A DNA stretch of 64,000 bases from Kiritimatiellia bacterium (GCA_017514235.1 JAFWKK010000016.1:2221-66220), one strand, 5' to 3'; shown: positions 47,184-55,614, numbered from the stretch's first letter. The notes: generated by a model not told the origin, from the sequence alone. Numbers and translations are program-made.

Positions 47184-47555
47184 TTAGATGGCGACCTCCT
47201 TTGATTGTTGTCTACCAACTGCATCACAAAGCATATCAACAATGTCGGCGAACATCTGCCCGTTTATCGCGCCAAATGCTATGGGCTTCTGTGTCGCGTC
47301 GGAATTTACCGTGACAATTCGATAGCCACGATCCACCGAAAGCACATCGGACAATTTTATGATGCGGTTTTTCTTGTCCCCGTCGAAAATAATGCGCTTG
47401 TTCGTCACATATAACGCGCCTTGTGATATTTCGCGCCATTCGTCGTGCGACTCCGAGCGGAATCCTCCGGAGTGGACTGTTAGACCCTTCGCTACGCGAA
47501 AAGACGCGCCTCCGACGTTGCCATGGCGAACAGCGCGGTACACAGGAGGACACAC
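47184..47555 (-). CDS. PH/GRAM-like domain ORF, possibly a gene fragment
   Basis: GALYVTNKRIIFDGDKKNRIIKLSDVLSVDRGYRIVTV looks like a bacterial PH-like fold. GTG start. The frame is open for only ~25 codons further upstream. It lies in a low-GC patch. Confidence 0.35.
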   Translation of the reverse strand: MCPPVYRAVRHGNVGGASFRVAKGLTVHSGGFRSESHDEWREISQGALYVTNKRIIFDGDKKNRIIKLSDVLSVDRGYRIVTVNSDATQKPIAFGAINGQMFADIVDMLCDAVGRQQSKEVAI

Positions 47556-47707
47556 GACTGCCCCACTATGACGAGACGTGTAAAGCCCATGAAGCGGTGA
47601 ACCGCTGGAAATGGACGAGGGAGTTCATTGTCGGAAGCTGGTCTGAAAGCAGTTCCGTGACAAGGCTAAACACCCTGCCGTCGGAAGACAACCGGGCCGG
47701 AGAGGAG

Positions 47708-47887
47708 ATGAGGAACGAGATCGACCAGAAGATGAGGTGGTTCGGGTTCGTCACCGTGGGATGGAGCTGTATGGGACACACACGGGCACGGTGGCAGACA
47801 GAGGCCGTCTGCGAATGGGCTAAGAAGGTTCATCCAGAGTGGAAGGTCAGGAACAACGGGTACGACTGCCTTCTCAAAGCCAAATGA
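47708..47887 (+). CDS. Small hypothetical ORF (59 aa)
   Basis: GGAGAGGAG lies directly upstream of the ATG, and the ORF is followed 7 nt later by a strong intrinsic terminator. No similarity recognised. Confidence 0.25.
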   Translation: MRNEIDQKMRWFGFVTVGWSCMGHTRARWQTEAVCEWAKKVHPEWKVRNNGYDCLLKAK

Positions 47888-47893
47888 CAACCG

Positions 47894-47938
47894 GGACGCC
47901 CTGCGGGATTGCTACAGGTTCCACAGGGCGTCCTTTTT
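47894..47938 (+). terminator. Intrinsic terminator
   Basis: GGACGCCCTG / CAGGGCGTCC is a perfect 10-bp stem with a 20-nt loop, followed by TTTTT. Confidence 0.7.
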
Positions 47939-47994
47939 CATGACTCAATGGAAACGGACGGAAACCCAAAGAGCGAACACGCCGCACCAGATTT

Positions 47995-48003
47995 TGGTAT
48001 AAT
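47995..48003 (+). promoter_or_regulatory. Extended -10 box TGGTATAAT (acyl-CoA dehydrogenase)
   Basis: Embedded in the palindrome TTGGTATAATACCAA. A leader of about 55 nt carries GGAGAA before ATG 48067. Confidence 0.6.
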
Positions 48004-48066
48004 ACCAACCAAACGGTGCGGCAACGGCATGGTGTTCGGTTTGCCTCACGGACAGGAGAAAAATTA

Positions 48067-49800
48067 ATGGGCAATTTCTACGAAGACAACAAGGACATCG
48101 CGGCGACGATCGACGTGCTCGACCTCACTGAGGTCGCGACGCTGTTGGAGGAAAACTTCCGCTTCGCCGAAGAGTACGACTTCGCGCCGAAGGACGCGGC
48201 GTCTGCAATCGACAACTACAAGAGGGCGCTCTCGCTCTGCGGCGACATCTGCGCGAACAGGATCGCCCCGACGGCCGAGGAGACGGACAAGGTAGGCAAC
48301 GTCCTGAACGAGGACGGCACGGTTACCTATGCGCCAGGCATCAAGCTCGCGATCAAGCTCCTCGGAGGCTCTGGCCTTATGGGCGCCACGATCCCATACC
48401 GACTCGGCGGACTCAACATGCCGTGCGTGGTGCTGACGGCCCTGAATGATATCGTTTCGCGCGCCGACGCTTCGCTCATGAACATGTTCGGGCTACAGGG
48501 CATTGCCGAGACGATCAACGCTTTTGCCGACGAGGACCTGAAGCAGAAGTACGTGCCGAAGCTTGTCACAGGCGAGTATACCGGCGCTATGGTGCTTACA
48601 GAGCCTGACGCCGGGTCTGACCTGCAGAGCGTAAAGGTGTCTGCGCACCAGGATGCGGACGGCAACTGGTTCGTGAACGGCGTCAAGCGCTTCATCACCA
48701 ACGGCTGCGGAGATGTCCTTATCGTTCTCGCCCGCACCGAGCCTGAGTTCTCGGACGGGCGCGGGCTCAGCTGCCTCTTGGTCGAGAAGGGCCCATGGGT
48801 GAAGGTGCGCCGTCTGGAGCACAAGCTCGGAATCAACGGTTCGCCTACGTGCGAGCTCGTGTTCAACGAGGCGCCTGCGAAACTTATAGGCTTGCGCAAG
48901 CGCGGGCTCATCACGTACATAATGGCGCTCATGAACGGCGCCCGCATGGGCATTGCCGCGCAAGGCACGGGCATCGGCGAGGCCGCGTACCGCGCCGCGC
49001 GCGACTACGCGGCAAGCCGCAAGCAGTTCGGCACGACGATCGACACGTTCCCTGCGGTTCGCGACTTGCTCTGCGGAATGTCCGTCGACGTGCAGGCGAG
49101 CCGTGCGCTCGCTTACTATGCGGCGAAGTGCGTGGATCTGGAAACGGGGCTCTCCCGCGCCTTCGAGAAGGCAAAGGGCACCCCCGAGGCTCCGGCCCTG
49201 CGTACGCGCATGAAGCTCTACGGCGGATTCAACAAGATGCTCACGCCGATGGCGAAGTATTTCGCGTCCGAGATGTCGATGCGCGTCTCCAACGGTGCGG
49301 TCGCGGTTCTTGGCGGCTCCGGCTACATGAAGGACTACCCGGTCGAACGCTATCTGCGCGACGCCCGCATAACTACGATATACGAGGGCACGTCGCAGCT
49401 GCAGGTGGTGGCGGCCATCGCAGGCGTAACCGGCGGACTGGTTGCTGCCGTCGTCAATGACATTCTTGGAGAAGGCTGGTCGTCCGCGCATCCGCGCATG
49501 GCGGCGCTTCTCTCGTCGCTTGACGAGGCAATCGCATACGTGAAAGGCCGCGAGGATGCGAAGGACTACCACGACCTCTCGGCGCGGCGGCTCGTCGACG
49601 CCGGAATCGCGCTTGTCGTCGCCGCGCTCTTCGTGAAGCTGGAGGAGAAGGGCGTAGCCGGAAAGCACGAAGCGCTCTGGTACTGGCTGAACGTGGAGTT
49701 CCCGCGCGTGCGCGCCGGCCTCGAAGTCGTCAAGGGCGGTTATGCCGGCGCGGTGACAGACTTCGAGGCGCTTGCTCCTGCCGTACCCAATCTCGACTGA
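48067..49800 (+). CDS. Acyl-CoA dehydrogenase (long, ~577 aa form)
   Basis: GGAGAAAAATTA then ATG. MVLTEPDAGSDL, RFITNG and YEGTSQLQ motifs. Confidence 0.9.
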   Translation: MGNFYEDNKDIAATIDVLDLTEVATLLEENFRFAEEYDFAPKDAASAIDNYKRALSLCGDICANRIAPTAEETDKVGNVLNEDGTVTYAPGIKLAIKLLGGSGLMGATIPYRLGGLNMPCVVLTALNDIVSRADASLMNMFGLQGIAETINAFADEDLKQKYVPKLVTGEYTGAMVLTEPDAGSDLQSVKVSAHQDADGNWFVNGVKRFITNGCGDVLIVLARTEPEFSDGRGLSCLLVEKGPWVKVRRLEHKLGINGSPTCELVFNEAPAKLIGLRKRGLITYIMALMNGARMGIAAQGTGIGEAAYRAARDYAASRKQFGTTIDTFPAVRDLLCGMSVDVQASRALAYYAAKCVDLETGLSRAFEKAKGTPEAPALRTRMKLYGGFNKMLTPMAKYFASEMSMRVSNGAVAVLGGSGYMKDYPVERYLRDARITTIYEGTSQLQVVAAIAGVTGGLVAAVVNDILGEGWSSAHPRMAALLSSLDEAIAYVKGREDAKDYHDLSARRLVDAGIALVVAALFVKLEEKGVAGKHEALWYWLNVEFPRVRAGLEVVKGGYAGAVTDFEALAPAVPNLD

Positions 49801-49809
49801 ATATCTGCG

Positions 49810-50451
49810 ATGGACATAGCTGACATACTTCGTACGGCAGGAGTGGTGCCGGTCATTGTCATTGAGCGGGAGGACCAGGCGGTTCCCCTTGCCCGCGCCC
49901 TGACGTCAGGCGGACTGCCCGTACTTGAAGTGACGTTCCGTACCCAGGCGGCGGCCGGTGCCATAGCGGCGATCCGTCGTGAAGTGCCCGAGGCCGTTGT
50001 AGGCGCGGGGACGCTTCTGACGGCCGAGCAAGTGCGCGCGGCAAAGAAGGCTGGCGCGGCATTCGGCGTGGCTCCAGGCTTCGACCCGGCCATCGTGGAC
50101 GAGGCGAAGAGCCATCTCCTGCCGTTCTGCCCCGGCGTGGCCACTGCAAGCGAAGTCTCGCAGGCGCTGTCGGCGGGCTGCACGACGGTGAAGTTCTTTC
50201 CGGCGGAGGCTGCTGGCGGAGTGAAGATGATCAAGAACCTGTTGGGGGCGTTCCGATTCGCCGGAGTGCGTTTCATGCCGACAGGCGGAGTCAGTGCCGC
50301 GAATCTGGCGGATTACCTTTCTGTGCCGGAGGTGATCTGCTGCGGCGGAACATGGGTCGTGCCGAAAGACGCGCTCGCGGCCGGCGACTACGCTGCAATC
50401 GAAAAGCTCGCATCCGAAGCCGCGGCAATTGTGAGACGCCTGCGAGCGTGA
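49810..50451 (+). CDS. eda: 2-dehydro-3-deoxyphosphogluconate / 4-hydroxy-2-oxoglutarate aldolase
   Basis: VIVIEREDQAVPLARAL, LEVTFRT, GAGTLL, CPGVATASE, VKFFPAE and PTGGV motifs. Confidence 0.85.
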   Translation: MDIADILRTAGVVPVIVIEREDQAVPLARALTSGGLPVLEVTFRTQAAAGAIAAIRREVPEAVVGAGTLLTAEQVRAAKKAGAAFGVAPGFDPAIVDEAKSHLLPFCPGVATASEVSQALSAGCTTVKFFPAEAAGGVKMIKNLLGAFRFAGVRFMPTGGVSAANLADYLSVPEVICCGGTWVVPKDALAAGDYAAIEKLASEAAAIVRRLRA

Positions 50452-50533
50452 CCGAACATGGCTGCATTTCTCAAAATTCGGCGTGTGCCGTAATGGAGAA
50501 ACAAAAAACAGACGAAAATCAAAGGAGTAAAAA

Positions 50534-51097
50534 ATGGGATTATTTGACAGGATGAAGACCTCCGCGGCAGGAATCGGTGCCGCCGTATCGAGGGGTGTAG
50601 GGCAAGTTACCGGGAAAGCTACGGTGGAGGCAAAGGAGGCGGCCAAGATCACTGCCGTTAAGGCTGACATCGCCGCACTCCAAGCCGACATTGACGCTGG
50701 TTATCTGCAAATCGGCAAGGCTTATGTCGATGCGTGCATTGCAGGCACGAACGTACCGGACATCGGGGTAGGTGGAACGCTCAAGCTGATGGAACCTAAG
50801 CTTGAAAAGAAGATTGCACTCGAAAAAGAGCTTATAGAGCTCGAGAAGGCTCTGGCAGATTCGCAACTGATGCAGGAACGCGCCCTTGTGCAGGCGGAAG
50901 TTGACGATGTCAAGGCAAAGCTCGACAAGGCGAAGGCCATGGGAGCCATAACCGAAGCAGACTACAACGCCAAGCTTGCGCAGGCTAACAAGAAGCTTGA
51001 GCACTTCGAGGATATCCGAATGCTGAAGAAGCAGAAGGAACTGGGACTGCTCACTAGCGCAGAGTTGGACGCCAAGGTCAAGGCTCTTCTCGCGTGA
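50534..51097 (+). CDS. Coiled-coil protein with SHOCT-like C-terminal motifs
   Basis: AAAGGAG Shine-Dalgarno upstream. Heptad-rich centre. GAITEADYNAKL and GLLTSAELDAKVKALL resemble SHOCT. Confidence 0.55.
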   Translation: MGLFDRMKTSAAGIGAAVSRGVGQVTGKATVEAKEAAKITAVKADIAALQADIDAGYLQIGKAYVDACIAGTNVPDIGVGGTLKLMEPKLEKKIALEKELIELEKALADSQLMQERALVQAEVDDVKAKLDKAKAMGAITEADYNAKLAQANKKLEHFEDIRMLKKQKELGLLTSAELDAKVKALLA

Positions 51098-51107
51098 TCG
51101 GCATATA

Positions 51108-51129
51108 GTTCCACGCATGGAACGCTTTT
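51108..51129 (+). terminator. Intrinsic terminator after the SHOCT-like gene
   Basis: GTTCCA-CGCA-TGGAAC is a 6-bp stem with a tetraloop, followed by GCTTTTC. Confidence 0.5.
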
Positions 51130-51211
51130 CGTGTCCCATGCACAGCCAACAAGCGCGAATCAAGATTCTGTCGCATTTGCCCCGTCCAGATGCGCGAACG
51201 GATGCGGATTT

Positions 51212-51220
51212 TGGTATAAT
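51212..51220 (+). promoter_or_regulatory. Extended -10 box TGGTATAAT (GNAT gene; leaderless GTG start)
   Basis: 7 nt between the -10 box and the in-frame GTG 51228. Confidence 0.55.
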
Positions 51221-51227
51221 ACGTCGA

Positions 51228-51719
51228 GTGGAACGGAATACGACAGTAAGGCCGGCGACGCTGAAGGACGCGGAGACGATCTATGCGCTTATAGACCGCC
51301 ACCGCGACGAGCTGGTGCCGCGGTCGCTCGGCAACGTAGTCGAGTCGATAGACCGGTTCGTCGTCGCCGAGTGCGACGGCGAGACAGCCGGTTGCGCCGC
51401 CTACCAGATACACCCTGAGATCGGCAACGCCGAGGCCGCTACGGTCGAGATAGTGTCCGTCGCCGTCGACCGGCAGTTCCGCATGCGCGGGATCGGGCGG
51501 AAGTTGGTTGAAGCCGTAGTGGACGGGGTGCGCCGTTTTCGTCCGCACGAGGTGATGGTCCTCACGTTCGCGCCTGGATTCTTCGGCAAGCTCGACTTCG
51601 TGGAGTTCCCGAAGACGGAAATAATGCACAAGCTCTACACCGGGTGCATCAACTGCACGAAGCACGCCAATCCTTACACGTGCCCTGAAGTCGCGATGCG
51701 GCGCAGGCTGGATTCTTGA
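51228..51719 (+). CDS. GNAT family N-acetyltransferase
   Basis: In-frame GTG 7 nt after TGGTATAAT. VAVDRQFRMRGIGRKLVE acetyl-CoA binding motif. C-terminal Cys cluster CINCTKHANPYTCPE. Confidence 0.75.
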   Translation: MERNTTVRPATLKDAETIYALIDRHRDELVPRSLGNVVESIDRFVVAECDGETAGCAAYQIHPEIGNAEAATVEIVSVAVDRQFRMRGIGRKLVEAVVDGVRRFRPHEVMVLTFAPGFFGKLDFVEFPKTEIMHKLYTGCINCTKHANPYTCPEVAMRRRLDS

Positions 51720-51759
51720 ACAAGCAACAAACCACAACCAACCAAGGAGCAAACGGAAG

Positions 51760-52602
51760 ATGAAGTCGGTCAAGGACAAGGGAGTCGAAGGCAAGGTGAT
51801 CGTATGCACGGGCGCGGCAGGCGTCCTCTGCTCGTCGATGACGGAGGACCTGCTACGGCACGGAGCGAAGGTGGCGGTGCTGGATCTCCGCAAGGACGTC
51901 GCAGACAAGTTTGTCGCCTCTCTCGCGAAGAAGGGCCTTAAGGAGTGCATTGCCGTGGAGGCGAACGTGCTCGACAAGGATTCGCTGGAGGCGGCGAAGA
52001 AGGTGGTGCTGAAGAAGTGGCGCCGCATCGACATCCTTATAAACGGCGCAGGCGGCAACCACCCGAAGGGCACGACGCCGGCCGAGCAGATGACGAAGGG
52101 CGTTCCGCTCGAGGACACGTTCTTCGGCCTCACGGCGGAAGGCTTCGAATTCGTGAACAGGCTGAACCTCGTCGGCACGATCCTGCCCTGCCAGGTATTC
52201 TGCAAGGAGATGCTGAAGAAGGGCGGCGCTGTGCTGAACTTCTGCTCGATGGCGGCGTACCAGCCGCTCACGAAGGTGGCCGCCTACGGCGCGGCGAAGG
52301 CCGGCATCATGAACTTCACACGCTTCCTGGCGACGCATCTGGCGCCGATGGGAATCCGCGTCAACGCGCTTGCGCCAGGCTTTTTCATCACCAACCAGAA
52401 TCGCTTCCTTATGTTGGAGAAGGACGGCAAGACTCTCACTGCACGCGGCAACAAGGTGATTGCCAAGACGCCGATGCGCAAGTTCGGCCAGCCGAGCGAC
52501 CTGCACGGTGCGGCGCGCTTCCTGCTTTCCGACGAGGCAAGCTTCATCACGGGCGTGACGCTGCCGGTGGACGGCGGCTTCGTCTGCTATTCAGGCGTTT
52601 GA
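51760..52602 (+). CDS. SDR family oxidoreductase
   Basis: VIVCTGAAGVLC, NGAGGN and YGAAKAG (YxxxK) motifs; 280 aa; AAGGAG Shine-Dalgarno upstream. Confidence 0.9.
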   Translation: MKSVKDKGVEGKVIVCTGAAGVLCSSMTEDLLRHGAKVAVLDLRKDVADKFVASLAKKGLKECIAVEANVLDKDSLEAAKKVVLKKWRRIDILINGAGGNHPKGTTPAEQMTKGVPLEDTFFGLTAEGFEFVNRLNLVGTILPCQVFCKEMLKKGGAVLNFCSMAAYQPLTKVAAYGAAKAGIMNFTRFLATHLAPMGIRVNALAPGFFITNQNRFLMLEKDGKTLTARGNKVIAKTPMRKFGQPSDLHGAARFLLSDEASFITGVTLPVDGGFVCYSGV

Positions 52603-52607
52603 TCCCG

Positions 52608-53399
52608 ATGAGAGACCGTCCGGACCGCCGCGACCACAAGGGTCCCCGCGAGCTTGTCTCCGGGGGCGAGTGGCTGTTCGGACGGAATCCAGTGGAGGAG
52701 GCCCTCGCCGCCGGACGGCGGACTTGCTCGGAAGTAGTGCTGCCTCCGGCTTCGCCTGACGAAGACGGCCAGATCCGCCGAATCCGCGACGAGGCCCGCG
52801 CCAGGCGCCTGACCGTCCGCACCATGACGCGCGACCAGCTCGACCGCCTTACCAGGTTCGGGCACCATCAGGGCGTAGCGCTCAAGACGTCCGGCTATCC
52901 GTATGTAGGTTTCGATGAGATCGTTGCGGATGCGGAGGCCGACGAGAACGCCATAGTTCTCATGCTCGATCACCTTGAGGACCCGCAGAACGTCGGCTCG
53001 ATACTGCGGACTGCGGCGGCAGTAGGCGTTACCGGCGTCGTCATCCCGGAGGACCGCGCCTGCGGCATCACTCCGGCAGCGGTCCGTGCTTCCGCCGGTG
53101 GTGCGGAATACGTGCGCGTCGCCCACGTAGTGAACCTGCCGAGGGCGATGAAGGCCTTGCAGGAGGCAGGCGTGTGGATTACGGGACTTGACTGGGGCGA
53201 TGACGCGAAACCCTACACGAAGCTGGATTTCAAAGGTCGCGTAGGACTTGTTGTCGGTGCGGAAGGGGCAGGGCTTTCCCGTCTCGTCCGCGAGACCTGC
53301 GACTTCATCGGCGTGCTGCCGATGCCCGGCGGATTCGAATCGCTCAACGCTGGCGTGGCGGCTGCAGTCGCGCTTTACGAGATAGTGAGGCAACGCTAA
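52608..53399 (+). CDS. rlmB: 23S rRNA (guanosine-2'-O)-methyltransferase RlmB-like SpoU/TrmH methyltransferase
   Basis: WLFGRNPVEEAL, LEDPQNVGSILRTAAAVG and ESLNAGVAAAVALYE motifs. The internal ATG at 52608 was chosen because the long upstream extension overlaps the SDR gene out of frame. Confidence 0.85.
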   Translation: MRDRPDRRDHKGPRELVSGGEWLFGRNPVEEALAAGRRTCSEVVLPPASPDEDGQIRRIRDEARARRLTVRTMTRDQLDRLTRFGHHQGVALKTSGYPYVGFDEIVADAEADENAIVLMLDHLEDPQNVGSILRTAAAVGVTGVVIPEDRACGITPAAVRASAGGAEYVRVAHVVNLPRAMKALQEAGVWITGLDWGDDAKPYTKLDFKGRVGLVVGAEGAGLSRLVRETCDFIGVLPMPGGFESLNAGVAAAVALYEIVRQR

Positions 53400-53824
53400 T
53401 GACCGTTCTCAGGCTCAACCGCGAATTCTTCCTGCGCCACCTTGGCGTGGCCGTTCTTTTCTTCTGCATGGGCTGCTGGTTCGGATATGACGGCTATGTA
53501 GCGTACCCTGAGCATGACGACGCCTGGTTCGAGGCGCAGCACCTTCGGCGCGACAACGCAATAAGAAGACAAAAAGAGTTCATGGTTCTGGCATTCATTG
53601 CGTCGGCTTTGGTAGGCGGGCACCTTTGGGCCGTCTCGCGCCTTCGCTTCGCGTTCGACGACGACGGCTTCGTGTTCCGCGGCAAGCGTACGGCTTATGG
53701 CGACGTTAAGACGGTTGACCGTTCCAAGTGGGAGAAGAAGGGCATCGTCAAGGTCGACGGCATAACCCTCGACGCCTGGCATCATACGGGTGTCAGGGAA
53801 TTCGAGGAGAAGCTAAAACGGTGA
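53399..53824 (+). CDS. Hypothetical membrane protein
   Basis: TAATG overlap with rlmB. Two hydrophobic segments and a small soluble C-terminal domain. Confidence 0.5.
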   Translation: MTVLRLNREFFLRHLGVAVLFFCMGCWFGYDGYVAYPEHDDAWFEAQHLRRDNAIRRQKEFMVLAFIASALVGGHLWAVSRLRFAFDDDGFVFRGKRTAYGDVKTVDRSKWEKKGIVKVDGITLDAWHHTGVREFEEKLKR

Positions 53825-54282
53825 GACGGATCTGCCTGTTCGTTGCAAGCGGCCTTGGCCTCGGTCTTGTCGCGCCGTTCGCACCGGGAACGTTCGGGTC
53901 GCTTCCGGGCGTCGCGCTCGCCTACGCCACGACTGCACTGTCGCTTCCGCTGCAGATCGCGGCATGCGCTGCGCTTGCGTTTATGGCGGTCCCGATATGC
54001 GGCGCGGCGGAACGTGCGTTCGGCATCAAGGACGACGGGCGCATAGCTGCTGACGAATGGATGCTCTACCCGATCGCGCTCGTCGGCATTCCGCTCGCGT
54101 CTCTCCCGTGGTGGTCGATGGCCGTTTTTTTCTGCGTGGTGCGCGCCGTAGACATTCTGAAGCCGTGGCCGTGCCGCGGGCTGCAGGCCCTGCCGGGCGG
54201 CTGGGGCGTCGTTCTCGACGACCTTGTCGCGAACCTCTATTCGCTGGCGGTCAATTGGACGATTGCCGCAAGTATGCTATAA
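53821..54282 (+). CDS. pgpA: Phosphatidylglycerophosphatase A
   Basis: GTG start. GLGLGLVAPFAPGTFGSLPGV, DDGRIAADEW and GWGVVLDDLVANLY motifs. Confidence 0.85.
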   Translation: MRRICLFVASGLGLGLVAPFAPGTFGSLPGVALAYATTALSLPLQIAACAALAFMAVPICGAAERAFGIKDDGRIAADEWMLYPIALVGIPLASLPWWSMAVFFCVVRAVDILKPWPCRGLQALPGGWGVVLDDLVANLYSLAVNWTIAASML

Positions 54283-54283
54283 T
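54275..54283 (+). promoter_or_regulatory. Extended -10 box TGCTATAAT (lptF/G; leaderless)
   Basis: 8 nt to ATG 54292. The pgpA stop codon TAA (54280-54282) lies inside the TATAAT hexamer. Confidence 0.55.
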
Positions 54284-54291
54284 AGGCGGCG

Positions 54292-55389
54292 ATGAGAATA
54301 CTTACTCGCTACGTCCTCAGGGAGTTCCTGGTCCCGCTGTTTTACTGCCTGACCGGGTTCATTTCCATCTACGTGCTGTTCGACCTGTTCGGGTCGTTCT
54401 CGCGGATGGCGGCGGCGAAGCTTCCGGCAAAAACGGCTGCGCTGTACTTCTGCGGATACCTGGCCCCCTATTTCCATTACATCGTGCCAGCCGCGCTGAT
54501 GCTGGCTACGCTCTACACAATGTGGAGCTTCTGCCGACACTCGGAGATCGTCGCCATGCGCGCGAGCGGCGTGAGCTTCATCGCGATCGTCCGTCCTCTC
54601 CTGTCCGTCGCTCTTGTGATGGCGGCTTGCGTAGCATACGTGAACGAGGTCTTCGTGCCGCAGAAGGCGCAGTGGGCGGCACAGATGAAGAAAGACCGCT
54701 TCGACCAGGCCAGCATGTCCAAGGGCGACAACATCGTCTTCCGCAACGCACAGGCCGGTCGCATCTGGAACATTGATGCGTTTCGCGACGAGGAGGGCAA
54801 GAGCCTCTCGAACGTCCAGGTCACGATAGACCGTCCGGGCGGGGGGCGGTGCATGAGCGTGTCTGCGCCGAGGGCCGACTATCTTGACGGAGAGTGGTGG
54901 TTCTTCGGTCCCAAGGTGCAGCATTACGGCGCACAGGGTCAGGAGATTGCGACACCGGTGCCTGAACTGGACGCGCTGCCGCTTCGGTGCTTCAGCGATT
55001 TCGGGGAGCGTCCGACGGACTTTGTCATGCAGAACCGTCCGTGGAAGTTCAATTCCGTGCGGGACCGCCTGCGCTATCTCCGCACCCACCCAGAGCTCTC
55101 CGCCGAGACCCGGCGCGACTGCGTGTACGATGTCTGGGCGCAGATTGCGGCGCCATGGGCCTGCATCGTGATCACGCTTTTTGCCATTCCGGCCGGCATC
55201 GCGTCGGGGAGGCAGTCAGTCTTTCGCGGAATCATCGGGGCCCTGGCCATGTACTTCTCGTTCTACGGCGTCGTCATCGCCGGAATGGTCGCTGCCAAGA
55301 ACGGATGGTGTCCGGCGATCCTTGCCGCGCTTTTCCCGTACGCGCTCTTCCTGGCGCTGGGCGTCCGCGCGTTCTGGAAGCAGCGTTGA
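54292..55389 (+). CDS. LptF/LptG family lipopolysaccharide export permease
   Basis: MRILTRYVLREFLVPLFYCLTGFISIYVLFDLF is the YjgP/YjgQ N-terminus; 365 aa with TM segments at both ends. The ATG lies 8 nt after TGCTATAAT. Confidence 0.85.
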   Translation: MRILTRYVLREFLVPLFYCLTGFISIYVLFDLFGSFSRMAAAKLPAKTAALYFCGYLAPYFHYIVPAALMLATLYTMWSFCRHSEIVAMRASGVSFIAIVRPLLSVALVMAACVAYVNEVFVPQKAQWAAQMKKDRFDQASMSKGDNIVFRNAQAGRIWNIDAFRDEEGKSLSNVQVTIDRPGGGRCMSVSAPRADYLDGEWWFFGPKVQHYGAQGQEIATPVPELDALPLRCFSDFGERPTDFVMQNRPWKFNSVRDRLRYLRTHPELSAETRRDCVYDVWAQIAAPWACIVITLFAIPAGIASGRQSVFRGIIGALAMYFSFYGVVIAGMVAAKNGWCPAILAALFPYALFLALGVRAFWKQR

Positions 55390-55415
55390 CAAGGCGGAAG
55401 GGAATTTGGTAAACT
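55386..55415 (+). promoter_or_regulatory. Promoter TTGACA-18 nt-TGGTAAACT (leader peptide and aromatic supraoperon)
   Basis: Perfect -35, which overlaps the lptF/G stop TGA at 55387-55389. An extended -10 is present. The leader-ORF ATG lies 11 nt downstream. Confidence 0.65.
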
Positions 55416-55426
55416 ATTCGCGTCAC

Positions 55427-55492
55427 ATGAACAAGAGCTACCAGATCAAGTGGTTTTACTACTTCGGCTTTACGCCGGGGCGGGCCTGTTAG
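55427..55492 (+). CDS. Candidate aromatic-amino-acid leader peptide (21 aa: MNKSYQIKWFYYFGFTPGRAC)
   Basis: The ATG lies 11 nt after a TTGACA-18 nt-TGGTAAACT promoter. 7 of 21 residues are aromatic, with the run W-F-Y-Y-F-G-F. A terminator-like hairpin follows, and the ORF lies upstream of pheA and the aro genes. Confidence 0.6.
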   Translation: MNKSYQIKWFYYFGFTPGRAC

Positions 55493-55528
55493 CGCTGCGT
55501 TCAGATGACATCGGTCATGAATGAAGAC

Positions 55529-55571
55529 AACGGCCCCGCTCCACAGAAGCGAGGCCGTTTCTCGTTCTCGG
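55529..55571 (+). terminator. Attenuator-type terminator between the leader ORF and pheA
   Basis: AACGGCCCCGCT / AGCGAGGCCGTT pairs at 11 of 12 positions and is GC-rich. The loop is CCACAGA and the tail TCTCGTTCTC is pyrimidine/U-rich. Confidence 0.55.
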
Positions 55572-55614
55572 CCATTCTCCGCAAGAAAGACGATCGAAAG
55601 GAAGAGTCAATCGA

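Noticed and set aside
47991-48009. Perfect palindrome TTGGTATAATACCAA centred on the -10 box of the acyl-CoA dehydrogenase promoter, which could be a repressor operator.
   Set aside because: The recurrent box consensus TGGTATAATAC is itself nearly self-complementary (GTAT-A-ATAC), so the palindrome is largely explained by the promoter consensus. Only the two outer base pairs are extra.
51945-53399. Long N-terminal extensions of track ORFs: 51945 for rlmB, 57937 for aroB, 60889 for aroE/K, 984 for the phosphoesterase, 7726 for pth and 53728 for pgpA.
   Set aside because: The extensions overlap the preceding, well-supported gene out of frame and are Arg-rich nonsense. Internal starts give canonical N-termini and classic 1-4 nt overlaps or Shine-Dalgarno sequences.
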